Assembly: GCA_030525085.1 (NCBI GenBank)
Contig: JAUNFK010000001.1
Span: 13,516 to 77,515 of the forward strand
Reading direction: 5' to 3'
DNA length: 64,000 nt
From: a bacterium
GTDB lineage: Bacteria; Bacillota_I; Bacilli_A; RF39; UBA660
In this document: one piece after another, positions 55,975 to 64,000 of the stretch
How positions within the stretch are numbered: the stretch's first letter is position 1
How the letters are laid out: each line of letters opens with the position of its first letter
The notes under the pieces: generated by a model
What the model was told of the DNA's origin: nothing
The model's input: the letters and a program-made list of their open reading frames with translations, nothing else
Databases searched by the model: none
Translations under genes and position numbers: made by a program

Positions 55975-55999
55975 TTTTAATAGAATAGAGGTAGGTTAG

Positions 56000-57136
56000 A
56001 TGATATGCGATTTATATGGTTCATATTTTAATTATAAAGTAAGAACATTAAACGAATATGCCTTGGCTCTAAGTAAAATAATAGGAATTAAAGATAACAA
56101 ACTATTTAGTAACCAAAGATTACGTAACGACTTCTGGCCATTTGTAATCAAAGACTATTTAAATAGATATACTGAATCTGTTCCACTAAATAAATACTTA
56201 GTAAAAGGTTTTTTAAATGAAAAAGAAATAACAAACTTTGACCTAGAAGAAGAAACAATGAGTATTATAAACTATCTTATTAAAAAGAACATTGTCCTAA
56301 AAATAGCTGAATACAAAGAAAGCATTATCCTAGCAAGTTTTATTTTAAAAATAGCAAATTACATTGATATTCTAACTAGTCCATTTACCAAAAATCAAAA
56401 CAACTATAGCACACTTTGTATAAGTGCTATCAATGAAGCAAACAAAGTAAAATATATTAGTTTAATAGACAATGGTAAAAAAGAAACAAATAACCTTTTA
56501 AATACAGTTAAAGAAAACGTTAAAAGAGAAAGAAAATTCTTTGAATCTTTAACTAATGTTAGCTCATTTAATAAATATATTGATATATCACAAGAAAACA
56601 TCTACTACTTAGCACAATATAACTATCGCATACCTAACTTAAATAAATATGATGAATACGCGGTAAAAGATATCTATGATAACCTAGGTGTAGATGATGC
56701 TTTCGCTCTTATTAGTGCAAATCTTATGGTAGCTAGTCTACTTAAACTATTCTCAATAAGAAAACCATTTAAGACATTATTCTTACCATTAAGAAAAAGC
56801 TTCTTAGATAATGAGAAAAACATTAAAGATTTAAGCCTACTATTTAAAGATAATAAATTACATAAAAATATTAAAATATTAATAAATTATGGCGAAGCAA
56901 CTAAAGAGATTATAAGCACACTTACAAGATACAAATTAGATTTCTACATTTACTGTAGTCGTAGTAGTGCAGCTACATCTGGAAAACTTATAGAAGACGC
57001 TAAGAATTACTTGGTTAGCAAAGAATTCTATGATAACAACAAGAATATTATATCTAAATGGAAAACCTTAGATATTAATATAATAAAAGAAGAGTTTGAT
57101 GGCATCGTAACAGACGCACGTCTGCTCATAGATTAG
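56000..57136 (+). CDS. Hypothetical cytoplasmic protein (gene 1 of operon)
   Basis: 378-aa ORF with no TM segment and no motif recognised. Confidence 0.55.
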   Translation: MICDLYGSYFNYKVRTLNEYALALSKIIGIKDNKLFSNQRLRNDFWPFVIKDYLNRYTESVPLNKYLVKGFLNEKEITNFDLEEETMSIINYLIKKNIVLKIAEYKESIILASFILKIANYIDILTSPFTKNQNNYSTLCISAINEANKVKYISLIDNGKKETNNLLNTVKENVKRERKFFESLTNVSSFNKYIDISQENIYYLAQYNYRIPNLNKYDEYAVKDIYDNLGVDDAFALISANLMVASLLKLFSIRKPFKTLFLPLRKSFLDNEKNIKDLSLLFKDNKLHKNIKILINYGEATKEIISTLTRYKLDFYIYCSRSSAATSGKLIEDAKNYLVSKEFYDNNKNIISKWKTLDINIIKEEFDGIVTDARLLID

Positions 57137-57152
57137 AAGGGAAGAGGAAAAT

Positions 57153-58652
57153 ATGGGAATTAACGGAGAGTTTTTTCTAAAATTTTTAGAGCCATTCTTT
57201 GGCGGACTAGTAGCATTTTTCAAAGCAATAGGTGCTGCACTAGTAAAAATATTTAATATTGCTACATACTTTGACATTATCAAAGAATATAAAGGAAAGG
57301 GAAGTAGCACAATAGTAATTATTCTAGGTGTACTTGCACTTATCATACTATTTGCTGTTATTGCACTATTAATATTCCTACTTGTTAGAAGAATAATTAA
57401 ATGGCGTCATAACGTAGCTCATCATGAAAAACTAGTTGAAGAAATTGAAAGCCTAAATAATGATGTAATTCGCCTAAGAAACGAAAATCAAAAATACATG
57501 GAAATGGCTGATCCTAATGCTGGCGTTGAATATGATGAAGATGGAAACATCACTAATAAACTTAGTGAAGGAGAAAGCAGATTCTTCAAACTTACTCAAA
57601 TTGATGAAAAATATAAAGACTATGTTGCTCCAGTGCTTAATGAAACAATTTCTCTAGAAGGTCTATGTGAAATGTTTAGAAACTACTCAGCTAGTCAAAT
57701 GAAACTATATTACTCAATAGATTTAATTAGATTATATATTGCATCATTTGCATCAAACAGATTAATTATTTTACAAGGTATTTCTGGTACAGGTAAAACA
57801 TCACTAGCATATGCATTTGGTAACTTCATCAAAAATGAAGCAGTTATCGCAAGTGTACAACCATCATGGAGAGATAGTACAGAACTATTTGGTTACTTCA
57901 ACGAATTTACAAAACGTTTCAATGAAACAGAAGTATTAACAAAAATGTATGAAGCAAAATACAATCCAAGCATTTTCATCACTCTATTAGATGAAATGAA
58001 CATCTCACGTGTTGAATACTACTTCGCACAAATGCTATCTATTCTAGAATTGCCTAGTACAGATGAATGGGTATTAGAACTAGTTCCAAACGCTTGGGAT
58101 AATGACCCTAAATTAATTGATAATGGACGTTTACAAATTCCAGATAACATGTGGTATATCGGTACAATCAATAACGATGACTCAACATTCATGATTACTG
58201 ATAAAGTATATGACCGTGCTATGCCAATCAACATTGATACTAAAGGAGTTGCTTTCGATGCCCCTAAAACTGATGCTCTAGACATCACCGCTAAATACTT
58301 CCTATCATTATTTGATAAAGCAAGAGCAGAGCACCCAGTAAGTAAAGAAACAATGGATAAAATAGCAAAAATGGATGACTATGTTATTGAACACTTCCGT
58401 TTAGCATTTGGTAATCGTATCGTAAAACAATTAAAAGACTTCGTCCCAGCATATATTGCTTGTGGTGGAGAAGAAATTGTTGCAGTAGACTACCTAATTG
58501 CAAATAAAATTTTAAGAAAATTTGACCAATTAAACTTAGCTTATATTCGTAATGAAATTGACGGATTTGAAGCTTACTTAGATGAATTATTTGGTGAAAA
58601 TAAAATGGTTGAATGTAAAGCATTCCTAGAAAGACTAAAAAAGACAATATAA
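57153..58652 (+). CDS. Membrane-tethered, coiled-coil McrB-like AAA+ GTPase (gene 2)
   Basis: Hydrophobic N-terminus including 'IVIILGVLALIILFAVIALLIFLLV' followed by 'RRIIKWRH', then the coiled coil 'EKLVEEIESLNNDVIRLRNENQKYMEM'. The rest is co-linear with E. coli McrB: 'LIILQGISGTGKTSLA' (Walker A, nt 57777-57800), 'LLDEMNISRVEYYFAQMLSILE' (Walker B, nt 57984-58001) and 'IPDNMWYIGTINNDDSTFMITDKVYDRA' (NxxD signature, nt 58161-58181). Confidence 0.7.
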   Translation: MGINGEFFLKFLEPFFGGLVAFFKAIGAALVKIFNIATYFDIIKEYKGKGSSTIVIILGVLALIILFAVIALLIFLLVRRIIKWRHNVAHHEKLVEEIESLNNDVIRLRNENQKYMEMADPNAGVEYDEDGNITNKLSEGESRFFKLTQIDEKYKDYVAPVLNETISLEGLCEMFRNYSASQMKLYYSIDLIRLYIASFASNRLIILQGISGTGKTSLAYAFGNFIKNEAVIASVQPSWRDSTELFGYFNEFTKRFNETEVLTKMYEAKYNPSIFITLLDEMNISRVEYYFAQMLSILELPSTDEWVLELVPNAWDNDPKLIDNGRLQIPDNMWYIGTINNDDSTFMITDKVYDRAMPINIDTKGVAFDAPKTDALDITAKYFLSLFDKARAEHPVSKETMDKIAKMDDYVIEHFRLAFGNRIVKQLKDFVPAYIACGGEEIVAVDYLIANKILRKFDQLNLAYIRNEIDGFEAYLDELFGENKMVECKAFLERLKKTI

Positions 58653-58674
58653 TAGAAAGTAAGGAGTTGTTACC

Positions 58675-59778
58675 ATGAATATGGATTTCAGTTTACTAGT
58701 AAAAGATATTCCAAAAGACGATTTAGAACTTTTCTTAAAAAAGACTAATGGTACTTTTACTGCTAAAAAAAATGTTAATAAAGTAGCTGTAGATTATGGA
58801 TGGGTTGATGTTCTTAATGAATCCATCCCTTATCTTGATAATATCATTCGTAATCCAAGAAGATTCATTGCTCAAGAAGAAGATATTATTCCTATTGAAA
58901 AAACTAAAAAAGTATCTGAAGAATCTATTAAACACTTAGCAACTCATACTCAGTTAATTCAAGAAGTAGACGATGATGGCACTGTAAAACCATTAAAACT
59001 ACTTAATATTTTTAAAGAAGAAACAATTGACCTTTATGAAAACAGATTTATCTATTCATTAATTACTAATCTTTATGTTTTCTTAAGAAACCAACTTACA
59101 TATCAAGAAGAAGAACAAGAAAACAAAGAAGAAAAAAGAATCACATATGAAGCAAGTACTAAAATGAATGGAGAAGACGTTAACTTCTCAATGAGCATTT
59201 CTGCTAATAAATTTGATACGACTAAAGAAGATCCTAAACTAGTTGAAGAACGTAATGAAAAAATCAAAAACATTAAAGATATTCTAGAAGGCTTTATGGC
59301 TAGCAAATTCATGAAAACCATGGCAAATGCAACCCCAGTTAGAAGTCCAATTAGAAAGACAAACGTTATCTTAAAAGAACAAAACTTCATTAAAGCTCTA
59401 GCACTTTGGGAATTCCTAGAAAAATATCAAATTGAAAAACCTATAAAAAGAGAAGAAGAAGAAACAGTTCTAAATTATAAAAACCTAGAAAAAAATCTTG
59501 GCGTTACATATTACATGAACTACAATCTTCTAGAAGATACTGTAAAAAGTGGCGGACAAGATAAAATGTCTTACGGAACAGATATTATCTCATCAGTAAG
59601 ACAATATGCAAGAAAGTTTAATGTAAACGAATTAGATTTAAAAAAGGAAATTGAAAAAGAAATAAAATTAGCAACAAAATACAAAGAAGAACAAATTACA
59701 AGTATTAAAGGAATATACAAAACATTCCTTGATAGTAATAAATCAAGATTTGATAAAGCAATCTCTATACTTAAATAG
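58675..59778 (+). CDS. Partner protein in the McrC position; possible DUF2357/McrC-N-like, no nuclease motif seen (gene 3)
   Basis: AAGGAG RBS. 'ETIDLYENRFIYSLITNL' resembles the ENRF-type motif of McrC-like N-terminal domains. The C-terminal half is charged and coiled, and I could not find a PD-(D/E)xK pattern in it. Confidence 0.4.
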   Translation: MNMDFSLLVKDIPKDDLELFLKKTNGTFTAKKNVNKVAVDYGWVDVLNESIPYLDNIIRNPRRFIAQEEDIIPIEKTKKVSEESIKHLATHTQLIQEVDDDGTVKPLKLLNIFKEETIDLYENRFIYSLITNLYVFLRNQLTYQEEEQENKEEKRITYEASTKMNGEDVNFSMSISANKFDTTKEDPKLVEERNEKIKNIKDILEGFMASKFMKTMANATPVRSPIRKTNVILKEQNFIKALALWEFLEKYQIEKPIKREEEETVLNYKNLEKNLGVTYYMNYNLLEDTVKSGGQDKMSYGTDIISSVRQYARKFNVNELDLKKEIEKEIKLATKYKEEQITSIKGIYKTFLDSNKSRFDKAISILK

Positions 59779-59790
59779 AAGGAGGCTCTT

Positions 59791-61074
59791 ATGAGTAAGA
59801 AAAAGAAAACTAATCCAATAATTGGCCAGTCACGAAAAGAAATCGATTTAGTTAAATTTAATGAACAAACTGATAAAGAGCAAAAAGAACAAATTCAACA
59901 AATACTAGAAGAAATATATGGTGAAAATCTTAAAATTGATCGCAAATACGTAATGAAAGTTTTAAGACTTACATGGAATCCTAAAGATGATTTTACATAC
60001 CTACCATATAACTTGAAAGTAACAAAAGATAAATTAACCCTATCTTTTGAAGTTGTAAAAAAGAAACCAGTGCCAATCGGTTTGCTAATATTTCTAATTT
60101 GGTTATTCTTCTTTGCATTAATCGGAGCTACATACTATGGAATTAAATATATTAGTTTAATTAATTTAAATAAAGATATAGATGGTGATGGTATAGCAGA
60201 TATTAACATCGACTTAGACGGAGATGGTAAAGCCGATATCAATATAGATACTAATGGTGATGATAAACCAGACTTAAATGTTGATTATAGACACAATCAA
60301 AAAGCAATCTTTAATATCGATACCGATAATGATGGCTTTGCAGATTATAATATAATTAATGATGCCACTGAAAATCCAAAAGAATGCCGAATAAACTGCG
60401 ACACAGATGGTGATGGATGGCCAGAGATCAATATCGATTTAGATGGTGATGGAGTTCCAGACACTAACATTGATACTGACAAAGATGGCATACCAGACTT
60501 AAACTTAGACTTAGATGGTGACGGGAAATGTGACCTTATGTGTGACACAGATGGCGATAACAAATGTGATGAAAACTGTATTAAACCAGAAGATGGTGTT
60601 ATAGATGATAAAGGTAATATAAATCCAGGAGATGCTACAACAGGGCAAACTGGTAATGGAGATGCTGGAGCAAATACTCCAACACTTATGATTAACTTTG
60701 TTGATGGTGGAAAACTGATTGTTGATAACTTATATCCAGATGATCAACCGGGAATGCCACCTTTATATCCAACTAAAGTATTCTACGTTGAAAATTTAAG
60801 TACAATCTCACTAAAATATACTTTAAAACTTCATATCGACACTAATACATTTACATCAAGTAACCTTAAATATAAAATAGATGGTACAAACGGCGGTGCA
60901 AGTTTAGGATATCAAACTGTTCCACAAGGTACTAGCTATATAGTAAGAGATGTTATTATTGCTCCAAGAGTAACACACAAATATACAATGACAATCAAAC
61001 TTCAAGGAACTGGAACTGCACAAGATGAAGATCAAGGTAAAGAATTTGAAGGAAAAATAGAGATCGAATTATAA
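59791..61074 (+). CDS. Single-pass membrane protein with Asp-rich calcium-binding repeats and a C-terminal beta-sandwich-like domain (gene 4)
   Basis: AAGGAGG RBS. TM 'VPIGLLIFLIWLFFFALIGATYYGI' is preceded by 'KKKP'. DxDxDG repeats occupy aa 129-261. The C-terminal stretch 'TLMINFVDGGKLIVDNLYPDD...KYTLKLHID...FEGKIEIEL' resembles the N-terminal module of the protein encoded at 30619. Confidence 0.6.
   Translation: MSKKKKTNPIIGQSRKEIDLVKFNEQTDKEQKEQIQQILEEIYGENLKIDRKYVMKVLRLTWNPKDDFTYLPYNLKVTKDKLTLSFEVVKKKPVPIGLLIFLIWLFFFALIGATYYGIKYISLINLNKDIDGDGIADINIDLDGDGKADINIDTNGDDKPDLNVDYRHNQKAIFNIDTDNDGFADYNIINDATENPKECRINCDTDGDGWPEINIDLDGDGVPDTNIDTDKDGIPDLNLDLDGDGKCDLMCDTDGDNKCDENCIKPEDGVIDDKGNINPGDATTGQTGNGDAGANTPTLMINFVDGGKLIVDNLYPDDQPGMPPLYPTKVFYVENLSTISLKYTLKLHIDTNTFTSSNLKYKIDGTNGGASLGYQTVPQGTSYIVRDVIIAPRVTHKYTMTIKLQGTGTAQDEDQGKEFEGKIEIEL
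60175..60573 (+). repeat. In-frame coding repeats D-x-D-x-D-G-x-x-D (thrombospondin type 3/dockerin-like Ca-binding loops)
   Basis: Units include 'DIDGDGIAD', 'DLDGDGKAD', 'DTNGDDKPD', 'DTDNDGFAD', 'DTDGDGWPE', 'DLDGDGVPD', 'DTDKDGIPD', 'DLDGDGKCD' and 'DTDGDNKCD'. Confidence 0.8.
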
Positions 61075-61093
61075 AGCACAATAGTGCTTTTTC
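61073..61093 (+). terminator. Intrinsic terminator ending the four-gene operon
   Basis: AAGCAC-aata-GTGCTT followed by a T-rich tract. Confidence 0.6.
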
Positions 61094-61111
61094 TCTTAAG
61101 AAAGGAATTAT

Positions 61112-62044
61112 ATGAATAAAAAAATAGTAATAGCTTTAGGTGGTAATGCATTAGGAGGAACTCCTGAAGAACAAATGGAAAATGCTAAAATAACCGCAAA
61201 AAGCATCGTAAAAATCATTAAAACCGGCTACGATGTAGTAGTAAGCCATGGTAACGGTCCACAAGTTGGTATGATTGCTCTAGCTATGCACGCTGGAAAT
61301 GTAACTGAATCACTTCCGCAAATGCCTTTTGCAGAATGTGGTGCAATGAGTGAAGGTTACATCGGTTACCATCTAGGAAGAGCCATCAGTAAAGAATTAT
61401 ATATTAACAAAATAAAAAAGGACTGTGCATGTATTATCACAGAAGTAGAAGTAGATAAAAACGATGAAGCATTTAATAACCCAACAAAGCCAATCGGCCC
61501 ATTTTATACAAAAGAAGAAGCTGATAAAATAACTAAAGAAAAAGGCTATGTAATGGTAGAAGATGCTAAAAGAGGATATAGAAGAGTAGTACCATCACCA
61601 AATCCAATAAAAATTCTTGAACTAAATGCTATAAAAAAACTGATGAACCAAAATACCGTTGTAATTGCTTGCGGTGGAGGTGGCATTCCTGTAGTTCTTC
61701 AAAAAGGTGGCTACGCTGGAATAGATGCCGTAATTGATAAAGACATGACTTCATCACTTCTAGCAAAAAATCTTGATGCAAGCACGCTTCTAATACTAAC
61801 CACAGTACCAAAAGTATGCATTAACTATAAAACAGAAAACGAAAAAGAAATTACTCAAATGACATTAAAAGAAGCACAAGAGTACATAGATAATGGTGAG
61901 TTTGCTAAAGGTAGCATGCTACCAAAAGTAGAAGCCTGCATGAAATTTGTTGATAGGAAAGACAAAACTGCAATAATAACAAGCCTTGACGAAGCATTAA
62001 ATGCTCTACAAGGAAAAAATGGAACTAGAATCACTTTCGACTAG
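61112..62044 (+). CDS. arcC: Carbamate kinase
   Basis: 'IVIALGGNALG', 'VVSHGNGPQVG' and 'IACGGGGIPV'. Confidence 0.85.
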   Translation: MNKKIVIALGGNALGGTPEEQMENAKITAKSIVKIIKTGYDVVVSHGNGPQVGMIALAMHAGNVTESLPQMPFAECGAMSEGYIGYHLGRAISKELYINKIKKDCACIITEVEVDKNDEAFNNPTKPIGPFYTKEEADKITKEKGYVMVEDAKRGYRRVVPSPNPIKILELNAIKKLMNQNTVVIACGGGGIPVVLQKGGYAGIDAVIDKDMTSSLLAKNLDASTLLILTTVPKVCINYKTENEKEITQMTLKEAQEYIDNGEFAKGSMLPKVEACMKFVDRKDKTAIITSLDEALNALQGKNGTRITFD

Positions 62045-62993
62045 TTCCTTTTAATTTACCTAAAAAATACATTCCCATAGCAGAGCTCAATATAATTAAA
62101 TAATTTCTAACTAAAAAATCTATAACCTTATAACTATCTATCAAATAAAAACTTATCAAAACATAAAGGATCAAAATAACTATATAAAAAAATTTCTTTC
62201 CATATAATTTTACAATATTAAGTGAGCTAGTAACCGATGACTCAAACCCAACTATAATCCAAATCATAAATAAAATATTTTCTACATTATCTATAAAATT
62301 AAGTGCTGATATTCTCTTTAAAACAATATATTCAGGATACCTATAAAGTTCACTCATCTCAGGACCCAAATTCCCAAAAGTACACACTATTACAATAAGA
62401 AGGTTAATAGATGATAACAAATAACACTTAGAAGAATATTGCGCTTTAAAATTAGGCATTAAAAGTATTGGAAAAGCACTAGTAACAGCAAAGCTAATAC
62501 TTCCTAAAATTATCTTGCCAGCGCCATTAATTAAAACTGGTTTAAAAAAATCTAAATCCACACTAGGTGCAAGCATCCCAGCAGAGAAAATCATTAGAAT
62601 CATAAAAAATATAAATAAAACAAAGCTAGCTCTTAAAAAAGAATTTAAACCTTTCTTAACTGTATATAATACAAGTAAAATATTAGGTATCATTATAAAA
62701 TAAATAGGTGTATTAGATAAATAAATCGAAGAAATAAGTTTTGTCGTACTATAAAGTCCAAAAAAGAGAAGTATTATATTAGCTATTAAAGAAGTTATCT
62801 TAAAAGAATTTTCATTTAACTTACTAAATAAAAATAAAATAATATATCCAATAACCGTACCAATAATCCCGCATACCCATACATCTTCCTTAGCAAGATT
62901 AAGTATATTAGATAATCCAGCACCCATAAAAAGTCCAAAGGAAAGCATATACTGTAACACATTAAAATTATTTATCTTTTTCATATTCACCAC
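62031..62993 (-). CDS. Spore germination protein, GerAB/Ger(x)B-type permease-like subunit
   Basis: Polytopic membrane protein. It lies immediately downstream of, and overlaps, a Ger(x)C gene. Confidence 0.55.
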   Translation of the reverse strand: MVNMKKINNFNVLQYMLSFGLFMGAGLSNILNLAKEDVWVCGIIGTVIGYIILFLFSKLNENSFKITSLIANIILLFFGLYSTTKLISSIYLSNTPIYFIMIPNILLVLYTVKKGLNSFLRASFVLFIFFMILMIFSAGMLAPSVDLDFFKPVLINGAGKIILGSISFAVTSAFPILLMPNFKAQYSSKCYLLSSINLLIVIVCTFGNLGPEMSELYRYPEYIVLKRISALNFIDNVENILFMIWIIVGFESSVTSSLNIVKLYGKKFFYIVILILYVLISFYLIDSYKVIDFLVRNYLIILSSAMGMYFLGKLKGTSRK

Positions 62994-64000
62994 CCAATGA
63001 ATAAAATATAAGTCCCTTACGATTCAAACTAACATTAACTTCAATCTTGTATTTAATATCACTAATACTATCAAGTTTACTTCTTTTCTTATTATAATAA
63101 ATCTTTTTAAAACCTAAAACATCACTATCATTACTAACAAGCTTATCTAAAAAAGTTTTAGCCTCATCCGTTATTTTTTCTTCAGTTACTTTAATAATTT
63201 TATTAACCACTGCTTTATCATTTAAATCAATATCTTCCATTTCATCAAGTATCCCATTAACATCAAGCTTAATAATAAAGCCATCATCATAACTAATTTT
63301 AGACTCAACCTTCATCGCTTTAAAAGAATAGGCCTTATCATCCACACTTCCACTAAACAAATAAGACATATTATTATTTTTTAAAATATTATAAATTTGA
63401 ATATCTTTAAAATCTATAAGTTCTGTAACAGACTTTTCCTTAAATATAAGTGCTTTATCAATTAAATAATTATCATCACTAAAATAAGCATAAGGAATAA
63501 TAACATCATAATAAGGACTTAAATACTTCTGCAAAAAGGGAGTATACTTAGTTCTTACCACATTATTATAATCATCTTGTAAAATACCTTTAACATAATC
63601 CCCATATGACTCTTTATTACCTTGCATAAACCTTACACTATCTTTAAAATTATCATCACAAAGTATATAAAAATTTATTCCAACATTATTTTCTCTAGAT
63701 AAATAATCCATAATGCTATCTAACTTTTCTGCAGCGTTAGTACTAATTGCTAAAACATCAAGATCAATAAAATAAAGTGTCTTATCAACGATTAAACTTA
63801 TCTTTTGCAAAGCACTATTAAGACTCTTTCCATTATAACTATACAAAGTAGTTTCATTTTCACCATCCTTCGTATTATCTTTAATGACAACACTAACATC
63901 GTACTCATTATCCTTATAATCAATACCAATAGCAGAAACTACCGCAATATTATTAAGCTCCCTATAATTACTGCACCCACTAATAAATAAACAAAATATA
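62968..64000 (-). CDS. Ger(x)C-family spore germination lipoprotein (5' end beyond window)
   Basis: The listed start at 63846 is an internal TTG. The frame stays open to the window edge and reads 'IFCLFISGCSNYRELNNIAVVSAIGIDY', which is the lipobox plus the conserved Ger(x)C N-terminus. Confidence 0.7.
   Translation of the reverse strand, partial: IFCLFISGCSNYRELNNIAVVSAIGIDYKDNEYDVSVVIKDNTKDGENETTLYSYNGKSLNSALQKISLIVDKTLYFIDLDVLAISTNAAEKLDSIMDYLSRENNVGINFYILCDDNFKDSVRFMQGNKESYGDYVKGILQDDYNNVVRTKYTPFLQKYLSPYYDVIIPYAYFSDDNYLIDKALIFKEKSVTELIDFKDIQIYNILKNNNMSYLFSGSVDDKAYSFKAMKVESKISYDDGFIIKLDVNGILDEMEDIDLNDKAVVNKIIKVTEEKITDEAKTFLDKLVSNDSDVLGFKKIYYNKKRSKLDSISDIKYKIEVNVSLNRKGLIFYSLGGEYEKDK

Noticed and set aside
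56890-57136. The C-terminal 'LDFYIYCSRSS...' segment of operon gene 1, which vaguely resembles the start of a TIR domain.
   Set aside because: Only about 70 residues remain after the motif, which is too short for a TIR fold. No conserved catalytic Glu context could be identified by eye.
60175-60573. Periodic ~27-39-nt repetition that at first glance could be a tandem DNA repeat or a CRISPR-like array.
   Set aside because: The periodicity is at the protein level (DxDxDG units) and in frame within a long ORF. The nucleotide copies are degenerate, and there are no unique spacers. I saw no CRISPR array anywhere in the window.
46323-61111. Interpreting the accessory block, or any other part of the window, as a prophage or transposon.
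   Set aside because: I recognised no integrase, transposase, terminase, capsid, tail or portal-like proteins, and no terminal inverted repeats.

Overview
Strongly AT-rich, gene-dense chromosomal segment with about 65 protein genes and one tRNA. It comes from a low-GC, endospore-forming Gram-positive bacterium (Bacillota). Supporting evidence: standard code with TGA as stop, strong AGGAGG-type Shine-Dalgarno sites, and the presence of SpoVS, a CotD-like protein and Ger(x)B/Ger(x)C. Most of the window is housekeeping: murE, murG, divIB/ftsQ, queH, ftsY, ylxM, sufB, ssb, an RNase J paralog, mscL, folD, pepF, a SEDS protein, arcC, a lipid acyltransferase/adenylate-forming operon, and a TetR plus MacB-type ABC exporter. 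Three parts look accessory. (1) Positions 1-3601 hold the tail of a conjugation/T4SS-like module: NlpC/P60 hydrolase, lipoprotein and a VirD4/TraG coupling protein. (2) Positions 46420-55479 hold two operons. The first encodes three exported or membrane-anchored proteins: two with signal peptides, including a 1121-aa cysteine-rich protein, and a membrane-anchored C39-like peptidase. The second is a CpaB/TadA/TadB/TadC-like module with no visible pilin, TadZ or prepilin peptidase. (3) Positions 55946-61093 hold a self-contained four-gene operon. It is centred on a membrane-tethered, coiled-coil McrB-like GTPase. The McrC position is occupied by a partner with no visible nuclease motif, and the last gene encodes a membrane protein with calcium-binding Asp-rich repeats. 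I consider (3) the best candidate for an undescribed system. Between (2) and (3) is a 520-nt gap that is unusually long for this window. It contains a near-consensus promoter, a strong intrinsic terminator and repeated AATTGTCT motifs, which suggests a roughly 330-nt non-coding RNA. One other oddity is a type IV prepilin gene with its own strong RBS that lies in frame with queH, with no stop codon between them. All functional calls rest on motif recognition by eye. No database search was run.
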